A stretch of 64,000 nucleotides of DNA from an uncultured Actinomycetota bacterium (GCA_963782695.1 CAWAKY010000011.1:6668-70667); one strand, 5' to 3'; positions 46,955 through 60,161 are shown, counted from the first letter of the stretch. The notes: generated by a model not told the origin, from the sequence alone. A program made the numbers and translations.

Positions 46955-47993
46955 TCACCGGGACGCGGGGGTGAGCTCGCGCAGGCCGGGGAGGACCTGC
47001 TCCGCGAAGGTGCTCAGGAACCGCTCCTGGTCGTGGCCGGGGCCGTGCACGACGAGGTGGTCGAACCCGAGGTCGGTGTAGACGCGCAGCGCCTCGACGA
47101 CCTCCTCGGGGCGCGAGGCCACGACCCAGCGCTTGGCGACCTGCTCGATGGGCAGCTCGTCGGCGGCCTTCTCCATCTCGCCGGGGCTGTGGATGGAGTG
47201 CTTCTGCTCGGCGGTCAGCGACAGCGGCGCCCAGAACCGGGTGTTCTCGAGCGCCAGGTCGGGGTCGGGGTCCCACGACACCTTGATCTCGATCATCCGG
47301 TCGATCTCGTCGTGGCCGCGGCCGGCCTTGTCGAGGCCCTCGTCGACGGCCGGCACGAGCTGGTCGCGCGTAGAGCTCGACGCCCTTGCCCGAGGTGCAG
47401 ATGAAGCCGTCGGCGACGCGCCCGGCGTACCGGGCCACCATCGGCCCACCGGCGGCGACGTACACCGGAACCGGCTGGTCGGGCCGGTCGTAGATCGCGG
47501 CGTCCTCGGTGCGGTAGTACTCGCCCTCGAAGGTGACCCGGTCCTGGGTCCACAGCTCGCGCATCAGCCGCACCGCCTCGCGCAGCCGGCCGAAGCGCTC
47601 CTTGAACTCGGGCCACTCCCCCTCGCCCACCGAGCCCACGGCCACCTCGTTGAGCGCCTCACCGGTGCCGACCCCGAGCATGACCCGGCCCGGCGCCAGG
47701 CAGGCCATCGTCGCGAAGGTCTGCGCCACGACGGCCGGGTTGTAGCGGAAGGTCGGGGTCATCACCGAGGTGCCCACGAGCACCCGCTCGGTGCGGGCGA
47801 GCACCCACGACATCCAGGCGAGCGAGTTGGGCGCGTGGCCCCCCTGCAGCCGCCAGGGCTGGAAGTGGTCGGAGATCGTCACCGAGTCCAGGCCGAGCTC
47901 CTCGGCGCGCACGGCGAAGGCCGCCAGCGCGCCGGGCGCGAACTGCTCCGCCGACGCCTTGTACCCGACCCGCAGACCGCCTGGCTCGCTCAT
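46955..47993 (-). CDS. fgd: F420-dependent glucose-6-phosphate dehydrogenase
   Basis: [47 protein letters not shown] and VHGPGHDQ. Confidence 0.93.
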
Positions 47994-48317
47994 GGCCCCA
48001 TCCTGCCCCACGCGCCGACAGCCACCCCGAGGGCCACGACGACGTTCAACGGGCGCGCGGCGGGCGGGCTCGGGACCGGCACCGGGCCCCTGGTGCGGAC
48101 CGAGCCCCCCCACCACCCGGTCCGCACCGATCCTGGGGGCCCGCCTCTGAGCACACCCCCCGGATGGGCGGGCACCACGATGGCCGCCCGCGCTGCGGTG
48201 CCGCTGCGATTTCGCTGTGGCGTCCCAGCCGTGCCCGCCCACCTTCCTCGACCGGCCCTCCCGGGCCGGGCGCGCAGGGATAGCGTTGACGCACCGACCG
48301 AGCACCAGGAGCACGCC

Positions 48318-49418
48318 ATGGCCACCGACCTCATCGACCTCGCCGGTCACGAGCAGGTCGCCTTCTGCACCGACCCCGACACCGGGCTGCGGGCGATCAT
48401 CGCGCTGCACGACACCTCGCTCGGGCCGGGCCTGGGCGGCACCCGCTTCCACCCGTACGCCTCCACCGACCAGGCACTCGCCGACGTCCTGCGCCTCTCG
48501 CGCGCCATGACCAGCAAGAACGCCGTCGCCGGCCTCGACCACGGCGGCGGCAAGGCGGTCATCATCGGCGACCCGCACCGCGACAAGACCCCCGAGCTGC
48601 TGCGCGCCTACGGCCGCTTCGTCGAGTCGCTCGGCGGCCGCTACGTCACCGCCTGCGACGTCGGCACCTACGTGGCCGACATGGACGTCGTCGGCGAGTC
48701 CACCCGCTGGGCCACCGGCCGCTCCCCCGAGCGCGGCGGCGCCGGCGACTCCTCGGTGCTGACGGCCTACGGCGTCTTCCAGGGCATGCGCGCGGCCGCC
48801 CAGCACGTGTGGGGCGAGCCGACCCTCGCCGGGCGTCGCGTCGCGATCGCCGGCGTCGGCAAGGTGGGCCGGCGGCTCACCGACCACCTCCTCGAGGACG
48901 GCGCCCAGGTGGTCGTCACCGACGTCGACACGGATGCCGTGCGGGCGCTGCTCCGCGTCCACCCCCGGGTGCGCGCCGTCGACGTGCTCGACGACCTGGT
49001 GCGGGAGGAGGTCGACGTGTTCAGCCCGAACGCACTCGGTGGCGCGCTCGACGACGAGACCGTCGAGGCGCTGCGCGCCCGGATCGTCTGCGGCGGCGCC
49101 AACAACCAGCTGGCCCGCGAGGGCGACGGCGGCACCGCCGACCGGCTGCTGGCCCGCGGCATCACCTACGCGCCCGACTTCCTGGTCAACGCCGGCGGCG
49201 TCATCCAGGTCAGCGACGAGCTGCACGGGTTCGACATGCACCGCGCCCGCGAGCGCACGGCGACGATCTTCGAGCACACCCTCCAGGTGCTCCGCGACGC
49301 CGACGCGGCCGGGGTGAGCCCCGCCGTGGCCGCCGACCAGCTCGCCGAGCGGCGGATCGCGGCCGGTGGACGACGCCCCTGGCTGCCCGGCGACCGGGTC
49401 GGCGCACCCGGTCTCTGA
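48318..49418 (+). CDS. vdh: Glu/Leu/Phe/Val dehydrogenase (valine/leucine dehydrogenase)
   Basis: [26 protein letters not shown] and NAGGVI; next to DUF3073, near purM. Confidence 0.9.
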   Translation: MATDLIDLAGHEQVAFCTDPDTGLRAIIALHDTSLGPGLGGTRFHPYASTDQALADVLRLSRAMTSKNAVAGLDHGGGKAVIIGDPHRDKTPELLRAYGRFVESLGGRYVTACDVGTYVADMDVVGESTRWATGRSPERGGAGDSSVLTAYGVFQGMRAAAQHVWGEPTLAGRRVAIAGVGKVGRRLTDHLLEDGAQVVVTDVDTDAVRALLRVHPRVRAVDVLDDLVREEVDVFSPNALGGALDDETVEALRARIVCGGANNQLAREGDGGTADRLLARGITYAPDFLVNAGGVIQVSDELHGFDMHRARERTATIFEHTLQVLRDADAAGVSPAVAADQLAERRIAAGGRRPWLPGDRVGAPGL

Positions 49419-49616
49419 GCCCGCCGCGGCAGGGGAACACGGCGACGCGTGACACCGTTGACCGGGACGGCGTCGCCGGAGCTGCTCCACTCATGTACCG
49501 TTGGCGTCACGACACACACACGATTCCCGGGACCGCTCCGCGACGTGGGATGACCCTGAACACGGGGCCGTCCGACGAGCGATGCCGCCCCGGCAGACGC
49601 ACGAGGGGGTCACGCC

Positions 49617-49811
49617 ATGGGGCGCGGCCGAGCCAAGGCCAAGCAGACGAAGGTCGCTCGCGAGCTGAAGTACTACAGCCCGGACACCGATCTCTCCGCG
49701 CTTGAGCGAGAACTACACGGAACCGCCCAGAGCGGTGGTCGAGCGACCAGCGACGACCGCGACCGGGAGGACGAGGACGACTACGGGCAGTGGTCGTCGG
49801 GTCGGCGTTGA
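49617..49811 (+). CDS. DUF3073 family protein
   Basis: MGRGRAKAKQTKVARELKY with an acidic tail. Confidence 0.95.
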   Translation: MGRGRAKAKQTKVARELKYYSPDTDLSALERELHGTAQSGGRATSDDRDREDEDDYGQWSSGRR

Positions 49812-49933
49812 CACCGACCTGATCGAGCCCTTCGTGCGACCCGCGCCGTCGGCGCGGGTCCACGGCATGCCCTGACGTCTCCCGGGTCCACCGAACCTTC
49901 GACAGCGTCCGGCGCGGGCCTATGCTCGCCCGT

Positions 49934-51471
49934 ATGACTGAGACGACGGTCGCCGCCACGAAGCGGCTCGGGGTCGAGACCACCGGCATCGAGATCATCG
50001 ACGAGGCCGAGCGCACCGCCCGGCCTCGCGACCTGTTCTGGCCCTGGTTCGCGGCGAACGTGTCGGTGTTCGGCATCTCCTACGCCGCGTTCGTGCTGGG
50101 CTTCGGCATCTCCTTCTGGCAGGCCGCGCTCGTCACCGTCGTCGGGGTGGTCGTCTCGTTCGCCCTGTGCGGCATCATCGCGATCGCCGGCAAGCGGGGC
50201 TCGGCGCCCACCATGGTGCTGTCGCGGGCGGCCTTCGGCGTCAACGGGCAGAAGGTGCCCGGCGTCATCTCCTGGCTGACCTCGATCGGCTGGGAGACCT
50301 TCCTCGCCATCCTCGCCGTGCTCGCCACGTCGACGATCTTCGAGCAGCTGGGCTGGGGCGGTGGCACCGCGACCAAGATCGTGGCCGCCGCCGTGGTCGC
50401 GCTGATGATCGTCGCGGCCTCGGTGGCCGGCTACCACATCATCATGCGGATGCAGTCGGTGCTCACCTGGGTCACCGGCATCGTCACCGTCGGCTACATC
50501 CTGCTGACCCTCAAGGACGTCGACTGGAGCGGCCGTGCAGCGCCATGCCCAGCGGCTCGGCGCAGGCGCGTGGTCGGGCGCGCTCGTGCTCGTGATGACC
50601 GGCTTCGGGCTCGGCTGGATCAACATCGCCGCCGACTGGTCGCGCTACCAGCGCCGCGACGCCTCGGGCGCTGCGATCGTCGGGTGGAACACCTTCGGCG
50701 GTGCGGTCGCCCCGGTCATCCTGGTCATCTACGGCCTGCTGCTGGCCGGGTCCGACCCGGCGCTGAAGGACGGCATCGCCGCCGACCCGATCGGCACCCT
50801 CGCCACCCTGCTGCCCACCTGGCTGCTGGTGCCCTTCCTCGTCGCCGTGATCCTGTCGCTGGTCTCCGGCGCGGTGCTCGGCATCTACTCCTCCGGCCTG
50901 ACCCTGCTCTCGCTCGGCGTGCGCATCCCGCGCCCCGCGGCGGCGCTGGTCGACGGCGTCATCCTCACCCTCGGCACCATCTGGGTCGTCTTCTTCGCCG
51001 AGAGCTTCATCGGCCCGTTCCAGAGCTTCCTGATCACCCTCGGCGTGCCGCTGGCCTCGTGGGCCGGGATCATGATCGCCGACATCGCCCTGCGCAAGCG
51101 CGACTACGACGACGAGGACCTCTTCCACGCCAGCGGTCGCTACGGGGCGTTCGACTGGGTCTCGATCGGCACCATGGTGGTGGCCTCGGTCATCGGCTGG
51201 GGGCTGGTCGTCAACAGCTTCGCCACCGACGCGGCGTGGAACAACTGGCAGGGCTACCTCCTCGAGCCGCTGGGCCTCGGCACCTACGTCGACGACCGGC
51301 GAGGGCGCGCCCTACTGGGACGGCAACTGGGCCTACTCCAACATCGGCGTGCTGCTGGCCCTCGTGCTGAGCTTCGTCGTCACCTACGTCGCCCGCCGCG
51401 GCCGGGTGCACCGCCAGGAGGCCGCGGCCCCGACCGTCGCCGCCGTGGCCGAGCGCGAGCCGGCTCGGTGA
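49934..51471 (+). CDS. NCS1 purine-cytosine permease family transporter
   Basis: DLFWPWFAANVS, SRAAFG, AADWSRY and IYSSGL; many TM helices. Confidence 0.9.
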
Positions 51472-52001
51472 CCGACGCCTTCGACGACGGCTGGCTGGTC
51501 GTCGTCGACCCCCAGGTCGTCTTCGCCGACCCGGCCACCTCGCCGTGGGGCTCGGCCATGTGGGCGGCGACGGTGCCGCGCATCGCCGAGCTCGCGGCAT
51601 CCTTCGGCCCGGCGCGCACGGTGGTGACCCGCTTCGTGGCCGACCCCTCGCTGGGCGGTTCGTGGGGCCCCTACTACCGCGACTGGGCGTTCGCGCTGGT
51701 GCCCGACACCGACCCGCTGTACGCCGTGGTGCCCGAGCTCGCCGACGTCGCCTCGCACGTCGTCACGGCCGGCACCTTCGGCAAGTGGCCGGCGCTGCGC
51801 GGGCTGCTCGGCGACGACGCCCACGTGACGCTGACCGGGGTCTCGACCGACTGCTGCGTGCTCTCGACGGCCCTGCCGGCGGCGGATGCCGGGGTGACGG
51901 TGCGGGTGGTGCGCGACGGGTGCGCCGGCTCGACGCCCGAGAACCACGAGCGCGCCCTGGCGGCGATGGCCCTCTACGCCCCCCAGATCACCATCACCTG
52001 A
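51468..52001 (+). CDS. Cysteine hydrolase / isochorismatase family protein
   Basis: LVVVDPQ, TFGKW and GVSTDCCVLST; GTGA overlap with the permease stop. Confidence 0.9.
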   Translation: MTDAFDDGWLVVVDPQVVFADPATSPWGSAMWAATVPRIAELAASFGPARTVVTRFVADPSLGGSWGPYYRDWAFALVPDTDPLYAVVPELADVASHVVTAGTFGKWPALRGLLGDDAHVTLTGVSTDCCVLSTALPAADAGVTVRVVRDGCAGSTPENHERALAAMALYAPQITIT

Positions 52002-52025
52002 CCCCCGGGCTTCCGTCCGAGCGTA

Positions 52026-52431
52026 TCAGAGGAGGCCGGTGAGGGCCAGGAGGGCGGCGCCCGCCGCGGTGCCGAGCGCGCCGGCGGCGAGGCCTGCCGT
52101 GCGGGCGCCGAGGGCCTCCCCACGGGCGAGGACGGCTGCGCCGGCCAGACCGGTGCACCAGCCGACGAGCAGGGCCGGGGCCAGGTCGGCGCCGATGGCC
52201 AGCACGTCGACGGACACCGACTCCCCGGCGGTGACGGCGTTCCACCCGACGGCGAACAGCCAGTTCGCCACCACGAGCAGCGCCAGCGTAGGCCAGCAGG
52301 GCGAGCGTCGAGACCACGAGCACCCCGACCGCCCAGCGCTGCGTCGTGGCGGCGGGGTCGACGCCGATGCGTCGAGCGTGCCGGTGGGGCTGGTCGGAGT
52401 GTCGGTCTGCCTCGAGGGCTGCGTCGCTCAT
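52026..52431 (-). CDS. Hypothetical membrane protein, frameshifted
   Basis: Three hydrophobic segments across two frames. Confidence 0.55.
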
Positions 52432-52485
52432 GCCGCACACGCTCCCGCAGGAGGTGACCGCACGGCATCCGTGCTGGTACTCAGA

Positions 52486-53619
52486 TCAGGCGGTGGGGTG
52501 CTCCCCGACGACCTGCACCGACCCGCCGTCGACACCCTTGGCGCCGCGCACGACCTCGACGCCGTCGTCGACCGGTGCGTCGCCGGCCGCGGACACCTCA
52601 CCCATCACCCAGGTGTGGATGCCGCGCGCCTCCAGCAGGGCGGTGGCCGTGTCGACGCTCGCCGGCCGGGAGCACCGCGACGAAGCCGACGCCCATGTTG
52701 AGGGTGCGCTCGAGGTCGGTGCGGGGCACGCCGCCGAGGGCCGCCGACGGTGGTGAAGACCGGCGGCGGGGTCCAGGTGGAGCGGTCGAGCCGGGCGTGC
52801 ACGTGCGGCGGCAGCACCCGGGCCAGGTTGGCCGCGAGGCCGCCGCCGGTGACGTGCGAGAGGGCGTGCACGTCGACGGCGTCCGTGCGGATCGAGGTCG
52901 AGCAGGTCGGCGGAGTAGACGCGGGTCGGCTCGAGCAGCTCCTCGCCGAGGGTGCGGCCGAACTCGTCGACGTGCCGGTCGAGGGCCCAGCCGGCGTGCG
53001 CGACGACCCGCCGCACGAGCGAGTAGCCGTTGGAGTGCAGGCCGCTGCTGGCCAGGCCGAGCACGACGTCACCGGGGGTCACGCGCTGCGGGCCGAGGAT
53101 GTCGGCGTACTCGACGACCCCGGTGGCCGCGCCCGCGACGTCGTACTCGTCGGGGTCGAGCAGGCCGGGGTGCTCGGCGGTCTCGCCGCCGACGAGGGCG
53201 ACCCGCGCCTGCTCGCAGGCCGCGGCGATGCCGGACACGATCGCGGCGATCCGCTCGGGCACGACCTTGCCGGTGGCGATGTAGTCGGTCATGAACAGCG
53301 GCTCGGCGCCGCAGACCACGATGTCGTCGACGACCATGCCGACCAGGTCGAAGCCGATGGTGTCGTGCCGGTCGAGGGCCTGCGCGATGGCGACCTTGGT
53401 GCCGACGCCGTCGGTGCTGGTGGCGAGCACGGGGCGCGCCATCCGGGCGATCGCGCTGGCGTCGAACATGCCGGCGAAGCCGCCCAGCCCGCCGAGCACC
53501 TCGGGGCGCGTGGCGCGGCGGACGCTGGCCTTCATCAGCTCGACGGCCTTGTCACCGGCCTCGACGTCGACGCCGGCCTCGGCGTACGTGATGGACGTCG
53601 GCTGCTCGGTGTCGCTCAC
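52486..53619 (-). CDS. purM: Phosphoribosylformylglycinamidine cyclo-ligase (AIR synthetase)
   Basis: [38 protein letters not shown] and HVTGGG. Confidence 0.97.
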   Translation of the reverse strand: MSDTEQPTSITYAEAGVDVEAGDKAVELMKASVRRATRPEVLGGLGGFAGMFDASAIARMARPVLATSTDGVGTKVAIAQALDRHDTIGFDLVGMVVDDIVVCGAEPLFMTDYIATGKVVPERIAAIVSGIAAACEQARVALVGGETAEHPGLLDPDEYDVAGAATGVVEYADILGPQRVTPGDVVLGLASSGLHSNGYSLVRRVVAHAGWALDRHVDEFGRTLGEELLEPTRVYSADLLDLDPHGRRRRARPLARHRRRPRGQPGPGAAAARARPARPLHLDPAAGLHHRRRPSAACPAPTSSAPSTWASASSRCSRPASVDTATALLEARGIHTWVMGEVSAAGDAPVDDGVEVVRGAKGVDGGSVQVVGEHPTA

Positions 53620-53652
53620 GCCGGGAAGCCTACCGGCGGCCCGACGCGACCC

Positions 53653-53702
53653 GAGTCGGGTGCTCAGGTGGTCGCCGGAGCAACCACCTGAGCACCCAAC
53701 TC
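53653..53702. repeat. REP-like hairpin, family B, copy 4
   Basis: GAGTCGGGTGCTCAGGTGG-TCGCCGGAGCAA-CCACCTGAGCACCCAACTC. Confidence 0.88.
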
Positions 53703-53748
53703 CGGAATCGGTTGCGAGCGGACAGGTCGGGTCACTACCTTGTGACGC

Positions 53749-54093
53749 ATGGAACCCGGCGACAGCGCCATCCTGACGCACCTGCGCCGCGGGGCGCTCG
53801 AGCACTGCGTGCTGGCGCTGCTCGACGGCGAACCGCGCTACGGCCTCGACATCGCCCGCCGGCTGGGCGACGACGGGGTGCTGCTCGCCGGCGAGGGCAC
53901 GCTCTACCCCCTGCTCGCACGGCTGCGGAAGCAGGGCCTGGTCGAGACGACCTGGGCCGAGTCGACCGCCGGGCCGCCCCGCCGCTACTACTCGCTCACC
54001 GCCGCGGGCCGGATCGCGCTGGCCAGCTTCCAACGCACCTGGACGACCTTCCGGGATGCCGTCGACGCCACCCTCCAAGGGGGACACCAGTGA
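53749..54093 (+). CDS. PadR family transcriptional regulator
   Basis: [14 protein letters not shown]...YG...[11 protein letters not shown]...[10 protein letters not shown]. Confidence 0.95.
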   Translation: MEPGDSAILTHLRRGALEHCVLALLDGEPRYGLDIARRLGDDGVLLAGEGTLYPLLARLRKQGLVETTWAESTAGPPRRYYSLTAAGRIALASFQRTWTTFRDAVDATLQGGHQ

Positions 54094-54820
54094 ACAGCTC
54101 GGACACCCGGGTCGCGACCTACCTCGACGACCTCGCGCGGATGCTCTCCGACATCGACCCCGGCGAACGCGACGAGGTGCTGGCCGGCATCCGGGAGCAC
54201 CTCGACGCCGAGATCGGCTCCGGCGACGGCGGGGATGCCGCCGTGCAGGCCGCGCTGCTGCGCCTCGGCCCGCCGGAGCGGGTGGCCGCCGAGGCCCGAG
54301 CCGGCCAGCCCGCGCAGGCCCCCTTCGCGCGCGGCAGACCCCGGCTGCTCGAGTCGGCCCACCCGACTGCGGTCCGCGCGGTCGCCACGGGAGTCAGTCT
54401 GGCTGGCGGCATCGTCGTTGGCCGGCCCTGTGGCGTCCTCGTCGACGCGCCGATCGCGATCCTCACCCTGTCTCCGGGAGGCCGGTGGACCCTGGCCGCG
54501 ACGCGTCGAGGCCTGTTGCCGCACCCCTCGGAGATCGTGCTGCTGCTGCCCGCCGCGGTGCCCCTGTGGCTCGTCGTCCGGTGTGTCACCGTGTGGCTGG
54601 TCCCGCTCGTCCTGGTGCTCCTGGCGCCCGAGCTCCCCCGTCCCAAGATCTGGGTCGCCCTCGCGGGAGCCGGCCGTCTTCGTGCTCGGCCTCGTCGCGA
54701 CCTGCTGGCTACGTACCCGGTGGCCGGTGAGCACCACGGTGGTCGTCGTCGGGGTCATGGGATCCTCGCCCTGGCGGTCGCCATCGACCCCGGCGGGTCT
54801 GGCGCGAGACCCGCACCTGA
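54090..54820 (+). CDS. HAAS/DUF1700-type PadR-partner membrane protein, frameshifted
   Basis: YLDDLARML...[13 protein letters not shown]...[10 protein letters not shown], then TM helices; probable end VWRETRT*. Confidence 0.75.
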
Positions 54821-55011
54821 CGCTGCACCGGCTGCCGCGTCGAAGAGAGAAGAAATAGTCGCCATCGTCGTCCTGGTCGCCACGCTCTGGCTGGACCCGA
54901 TGGTCGTCAGCACCCCGCAGCTGGTGACCATCGGGGCCGTCCTCGGCGCGATGCCATCACGGCGAGAAGCGTCTGGCGCGAGACCTCGGCCTGACCACCG
55001 GGGTACCACCG

Positions 55012-55060
55012 GCGTGAGTGCGGAAGTGGTCGCCAGGGCAACCAGCTTCCGCACTCGCGC
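55012..55060. repeat. Hairpin sharing the family B loop on a different stem
   Basis: GCGTGAGTGCGGAAG-TGGTCGCCAGGGCAACCA-G-CTTCCGCACTCGCGC between convergent genes. Confidence 0.65.
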
Positions 55061-55074
55061 GGAGATGCAGCGGG

Positions 55075-56518
<1,444 letters not shown>

Positions 56519-56522
<4 letters not shown>

Positions 56523-58063
56523 CGGGCCGGCTCCTCACGCTTGAACATCTCGAGCATTCGGGCGGTGACCCGGAACCCACCGAAGACGTTGATGCTCGCC
56601 ACGAGGATGCCGATGAAGGCCAGCACCGAGACCGCGACGCTGTCGTGGCCGACCTGCAGGATCGCGCCGACCACGATGATGCCGCTGATCGCGTTGGTCA
56701 CCGACATCAGCGGGGTGTGCAGCGCGTGGTGCACGTTGCCGATCACGTAGAACCCGATGACCACCGAGAGCATGAAGACCATGAAGTGCCCCAGGAACGG
56801 GGCCGGCGACACCGCAGGCGATGAGCAGGAACACCGCGGCCGCGATGCCCATGTAGCCCAGGCGGCGGTTCGCGCTCATCGGCACCTTCGCCGGCTTCGG
56901 CTCCACCGGCGCGCGACCACGGCGGCCGGGGCCGCGGACACCTGCACCGGCGGCGGCGGCCAGAGCACCTCCCCGTCGCGCACCACGGTCATCCCGCGCT
57001 GCACCGGGTCGTCGAGGTCGAGCACCATCTCGCCGTCCTTGGCGGGCGTGACGCAGCTTGAGCAGGTTGACCAGGTTCGTGCCGAACAGCTGCGAGGCCT
57101 GCGTCGGCAGCCGGCCCGGCAGGTCGGTGTAGCCCAGGATCGTCACCCCGTTGGCGGTGACCACCTTGCTGGTCGGCCACCGTGCCGGCGACGTTGCCGC
57201 CGTTGGAGGCGGCCATGTCGACCACGACCGAGCCGGGCTTCATCGAGGCGACCATGGACTCGGTGATCAACCGCGGCGCCGGGCGCCCCGGGATCAGCGC
57301 GGTGGTGATGATGATGTCGACGTCCGCGGCCTGCGCGGCGTACAGCTCGGCGGCCTTGGCGTCGAAGTCGGCGCTGGTCTCCTTGGCGTAGCCGTCGGCC
57401 GAGGGCGCGGCCTGCTCGATGTCGATGCGCAGGAACTCCGCACCCATCGACTCGACCTGCTCGCCGACCTCGGGGCGGGCGTCGAACGCCCGCACCACCG
57501 CACCCAGCGAGCGCGGCCGTGCCGATCGCGGCCAGCCCGGCCACCCCGGCACCGACGACCAGCACCTTCGCCGGCGGCACCTTGCCCGCCGCGGTCACCT
57601 GGCCGGTGAAGAACGACCCGAACTCGTGCGCGGCCTCGACCACGGCCCGGTAGCCACCGATGTTCGCCATCGACGACAGCACGTCGAGCGACTGCGCGCG
57701 CGAGATGCGCGGCACGGCATCCATCGCCAGCGCGGTGACCCCACGCGCGGCCAGGGTCGCCACCAGGTCGGGGTTCAGGGCCGGACCGATCAGCGACACG
57801 ACCACCTGGCCCGGGCGCAGCAGCGCGATCTCGGCCTCGGTCGGCGCGTTGATCTTCAGCAGCACGTCGGCGTTCCAGACGGCCTCGTCGATCACGTCGG
57901 CACCGGCCCGCTGGTAGGCGGCGTCGTCGAAGCTCGAGAGCGCACCGGCATCCCGCTCCACGAACACGGCGTACCCGAGCGCGCGGATCGCTTCCACGGT
58001 CTTCGGCGTGGCCGCGACCCTCGTCTCACCCGGTCGGGTCTCTCTGGGCACTCCGATGCGCAC
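56519..58063 (-). CDS. pntA: NAD(P) transhydrogenase subunit alpha (single chain)
   Basis: [30 protein letters not shown] and [14 protein letters not shown]. Confidence 0.95.
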
Positions 58064-58174
58064 GGCGGTTCCTCTCGGCCTGCAGGGGTCGACCCGAACC
58101 TATCGGGTCGACCCCCTGCGCGGCCCACAGAGGTGACCCTCAGCAACGCGTGGCGAGACGGAGCCGCAGGTGGG

Positions 58175-60161
58175 TCAGCCCTCCGAGCGGCGGAACCCGC
58201 TGCGCTCGGCGGCGCCCTCGTCGTAGAACCACACGTGCGGCTCGGCCGAGTCGTAGCCGGCGTCGCCCGGAACGCGGTAGGTCATCGTGTCGCGGTAGGC
58301 CGCCACCGGGTGGTCGAGCGGCTGGGCGCCGTCGTCCAGCGGCGCCGCCGAGCCGACCCCGAAGCCACCGTCGCGCAGCTCCTCGAAGCCCGAGATCCGC
58401 CGGCCCTCGGTGGCCGTGCTCGCGGACTCGTCGGATGCCGTGGCGTCCGTCGCGTGGTCGGATGCCGTGGCGTCCGTCGCGTCGTCGGATGCCGTGGCGT
58501 CCGTCACGTGGTCGGATGCCGGGGCGTCAGTGGTGTCGTCGGCGGCCGTCGGGGCCTCGCTCGCCTGGGCCAGGTCGGCCCGCTCGGCCTCGAGGCGGTC
58601 GCCGCGGTCGTGGGTCTCCTCGAGCAGCTCGCCCTCGTCGGCGGCCCAGTCGCGGGTCGGGGTCGGGTCGTAACGCTCCTCGGTGCTCTCCTGGGCCACG
58701 TCGGCCGCGCTGCGGTCGGTGTCGTCGGTCTCCGCGACCGCGGCGCCGGCCTCGGCGGGAGCGTGCTCGGTGGTCTCGTGCTCGGTCGCGTCGGCGGCGG
58801 ACGTCTCGTGCTCGGCCGTGTCGTGCTCGGTCGTCTCGACGGTCGGCGTCTCGCCCTCGGTGGTGTCGTGGTCGGTGTCGACGGCCTCGGGCTGCACCGG
58901 GGCGCCCTGCTCGGACGCCATCAGCGGCTCGGTCGCGGCGTACGCCTCGGGGTCGACGATGGTCATCTCGGCGGGCTCGTCCTGGGGCGGGCCGCCCCAC
59001 TCGCCGCGCGGCGACTCCACGTCGCGGGAGAGGTCGTGGCCGGCTCCGACCGGTGCTCGTCCGCCCGGCATCCGTGTGTCGTCGCGCGTGGCGGTGTCGC
59101 GGTCCGCGTCCGTCGTCGCGGTCCGCGCCGTCGTCGGCCGCGTCCGTCGTGTCGGTCGTCCGCGCTCGGACCGCGTCGCGTCGTCGGTGTGCTCCTCGTG
59201 CAGGGCACGGGTGGCGGCGTAGGCGCCGCCGGCACCGGCCGACGCGGCCGCGGCGGCCTGCCCGGCCTCCAGGCCGTCCTCGTGCGGGGTGTGCTCGGCG
59301 GTGTCGGTGCGGGCGTCGTTGCTCATGTCCGACCCGGTACCCGTGCCGTCGGCGGCGTAAACCTCGCCCGACTCCTGGTCCGGGCGACTCGACCCGGCTC
59401 GAGCTCGGCGTGGCGTCCGGCTCCGCCGAGCTCGCCGCCGAGTCGGAGCGTCGTCCGGCACGTCGTCGCGGAAGTCCGCGGCGGAGGCGATCCGCTCGCT
59501 CTCCGGGTTGCTCTCGTCGTCGCCGCGGCCGGTCCAGGCCGTGGTTCCGGCGGCCACGCCGCCGACCGTCGCGGCTGCCGCGGCGGAGGGCGCGACCGAG
59601 GCGGACCCGGCGTCCGAGCCGACCTCGGCCTCGCGGGCCTCGCGGCGCTCGGCACGGGTCATCGGCAGCGTCGTCGCCGTCCCGAGCCGCCGGTCGACGG
59701 CCAGCGGCAGCGAGCACCGCGACGTCGCGCCGGGCGCGGGCGCGGCATCCGTCGATCCGGACACCGCCGGGGCCGGCTCGACCTCGTCGGCGACCGCGGG
59801 GAACTCGGACTCCTTGACGTCGGGGTCGATGTCGTCGGCGCGGCGCAGGGTGGCCTCGTAGTCGCGCTGGGTGGCCTCGGCCGCCGCCCGGTGCTCGGCC
59901 GCCTCGGCCTCGAGCCGCGCGGCCTCGCTGGCCTTGTCCTCCGCCTCGACCCGGGCCAGCTCGGCCCGCTGCGGCGGCCTGGTCGGCGAAGACGCTCTGC
60001 CCCGCCACGGTCGTGGCCATCGTGTCGGCGTCGGCGCGCAGGCCGGCCGCCTCGACCCGCTGGGCGTCACGCTGGGCCGAGCCCCGCCGCAGCACCACGA
60101 GCACGACGACGACCGCCACGAGGATGAGGAGCAGCAGCAGGATCAGGCGAGCGGGCGTCAT
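58175..60161 (-). CDS. Large acidic low-complexity protein with an N-terminal TM anchor and a small conserved C-terminal domain
   Basis: LILLLLLILVAVVVVLVVL anchor, Ala/Glu coiled coil, D/E/T-rich repeats, C-terminal YRVPGDAGYDSAEPHVWFYDEGAAERSGF. Confidence 0.75.
58431..58530. repeat. 27-bp in-frame tandem repeat (three full copies plus one partial)
   Basis: TCGGATGCCGTGGCGTCCGTCGCGTSG units at 58431, 58458, 58485 and 58512, encoding ATDATASDH-type nonamers. Confidence 0.85.

Noticed and set aside
50535-52001. Apparent permease-isochorismatase fusion
   Set aside because: An indel near 51300 explains the read-through; the permease frame ends at TGA 51471, overlapping the hydrolase GTG.
54660-54994. 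Diversity-generating retroelement TR/VR pair
   Set aside because: Differences between the two segments are not adenine-specific, identity is low, and no reverse transcriptase is present.
58431-58530. Regularly spaced repeats considered as a CRISPR array
   Set aside because: Contiguous 27-bp in-frame units without unique spacers, and no cas genes.
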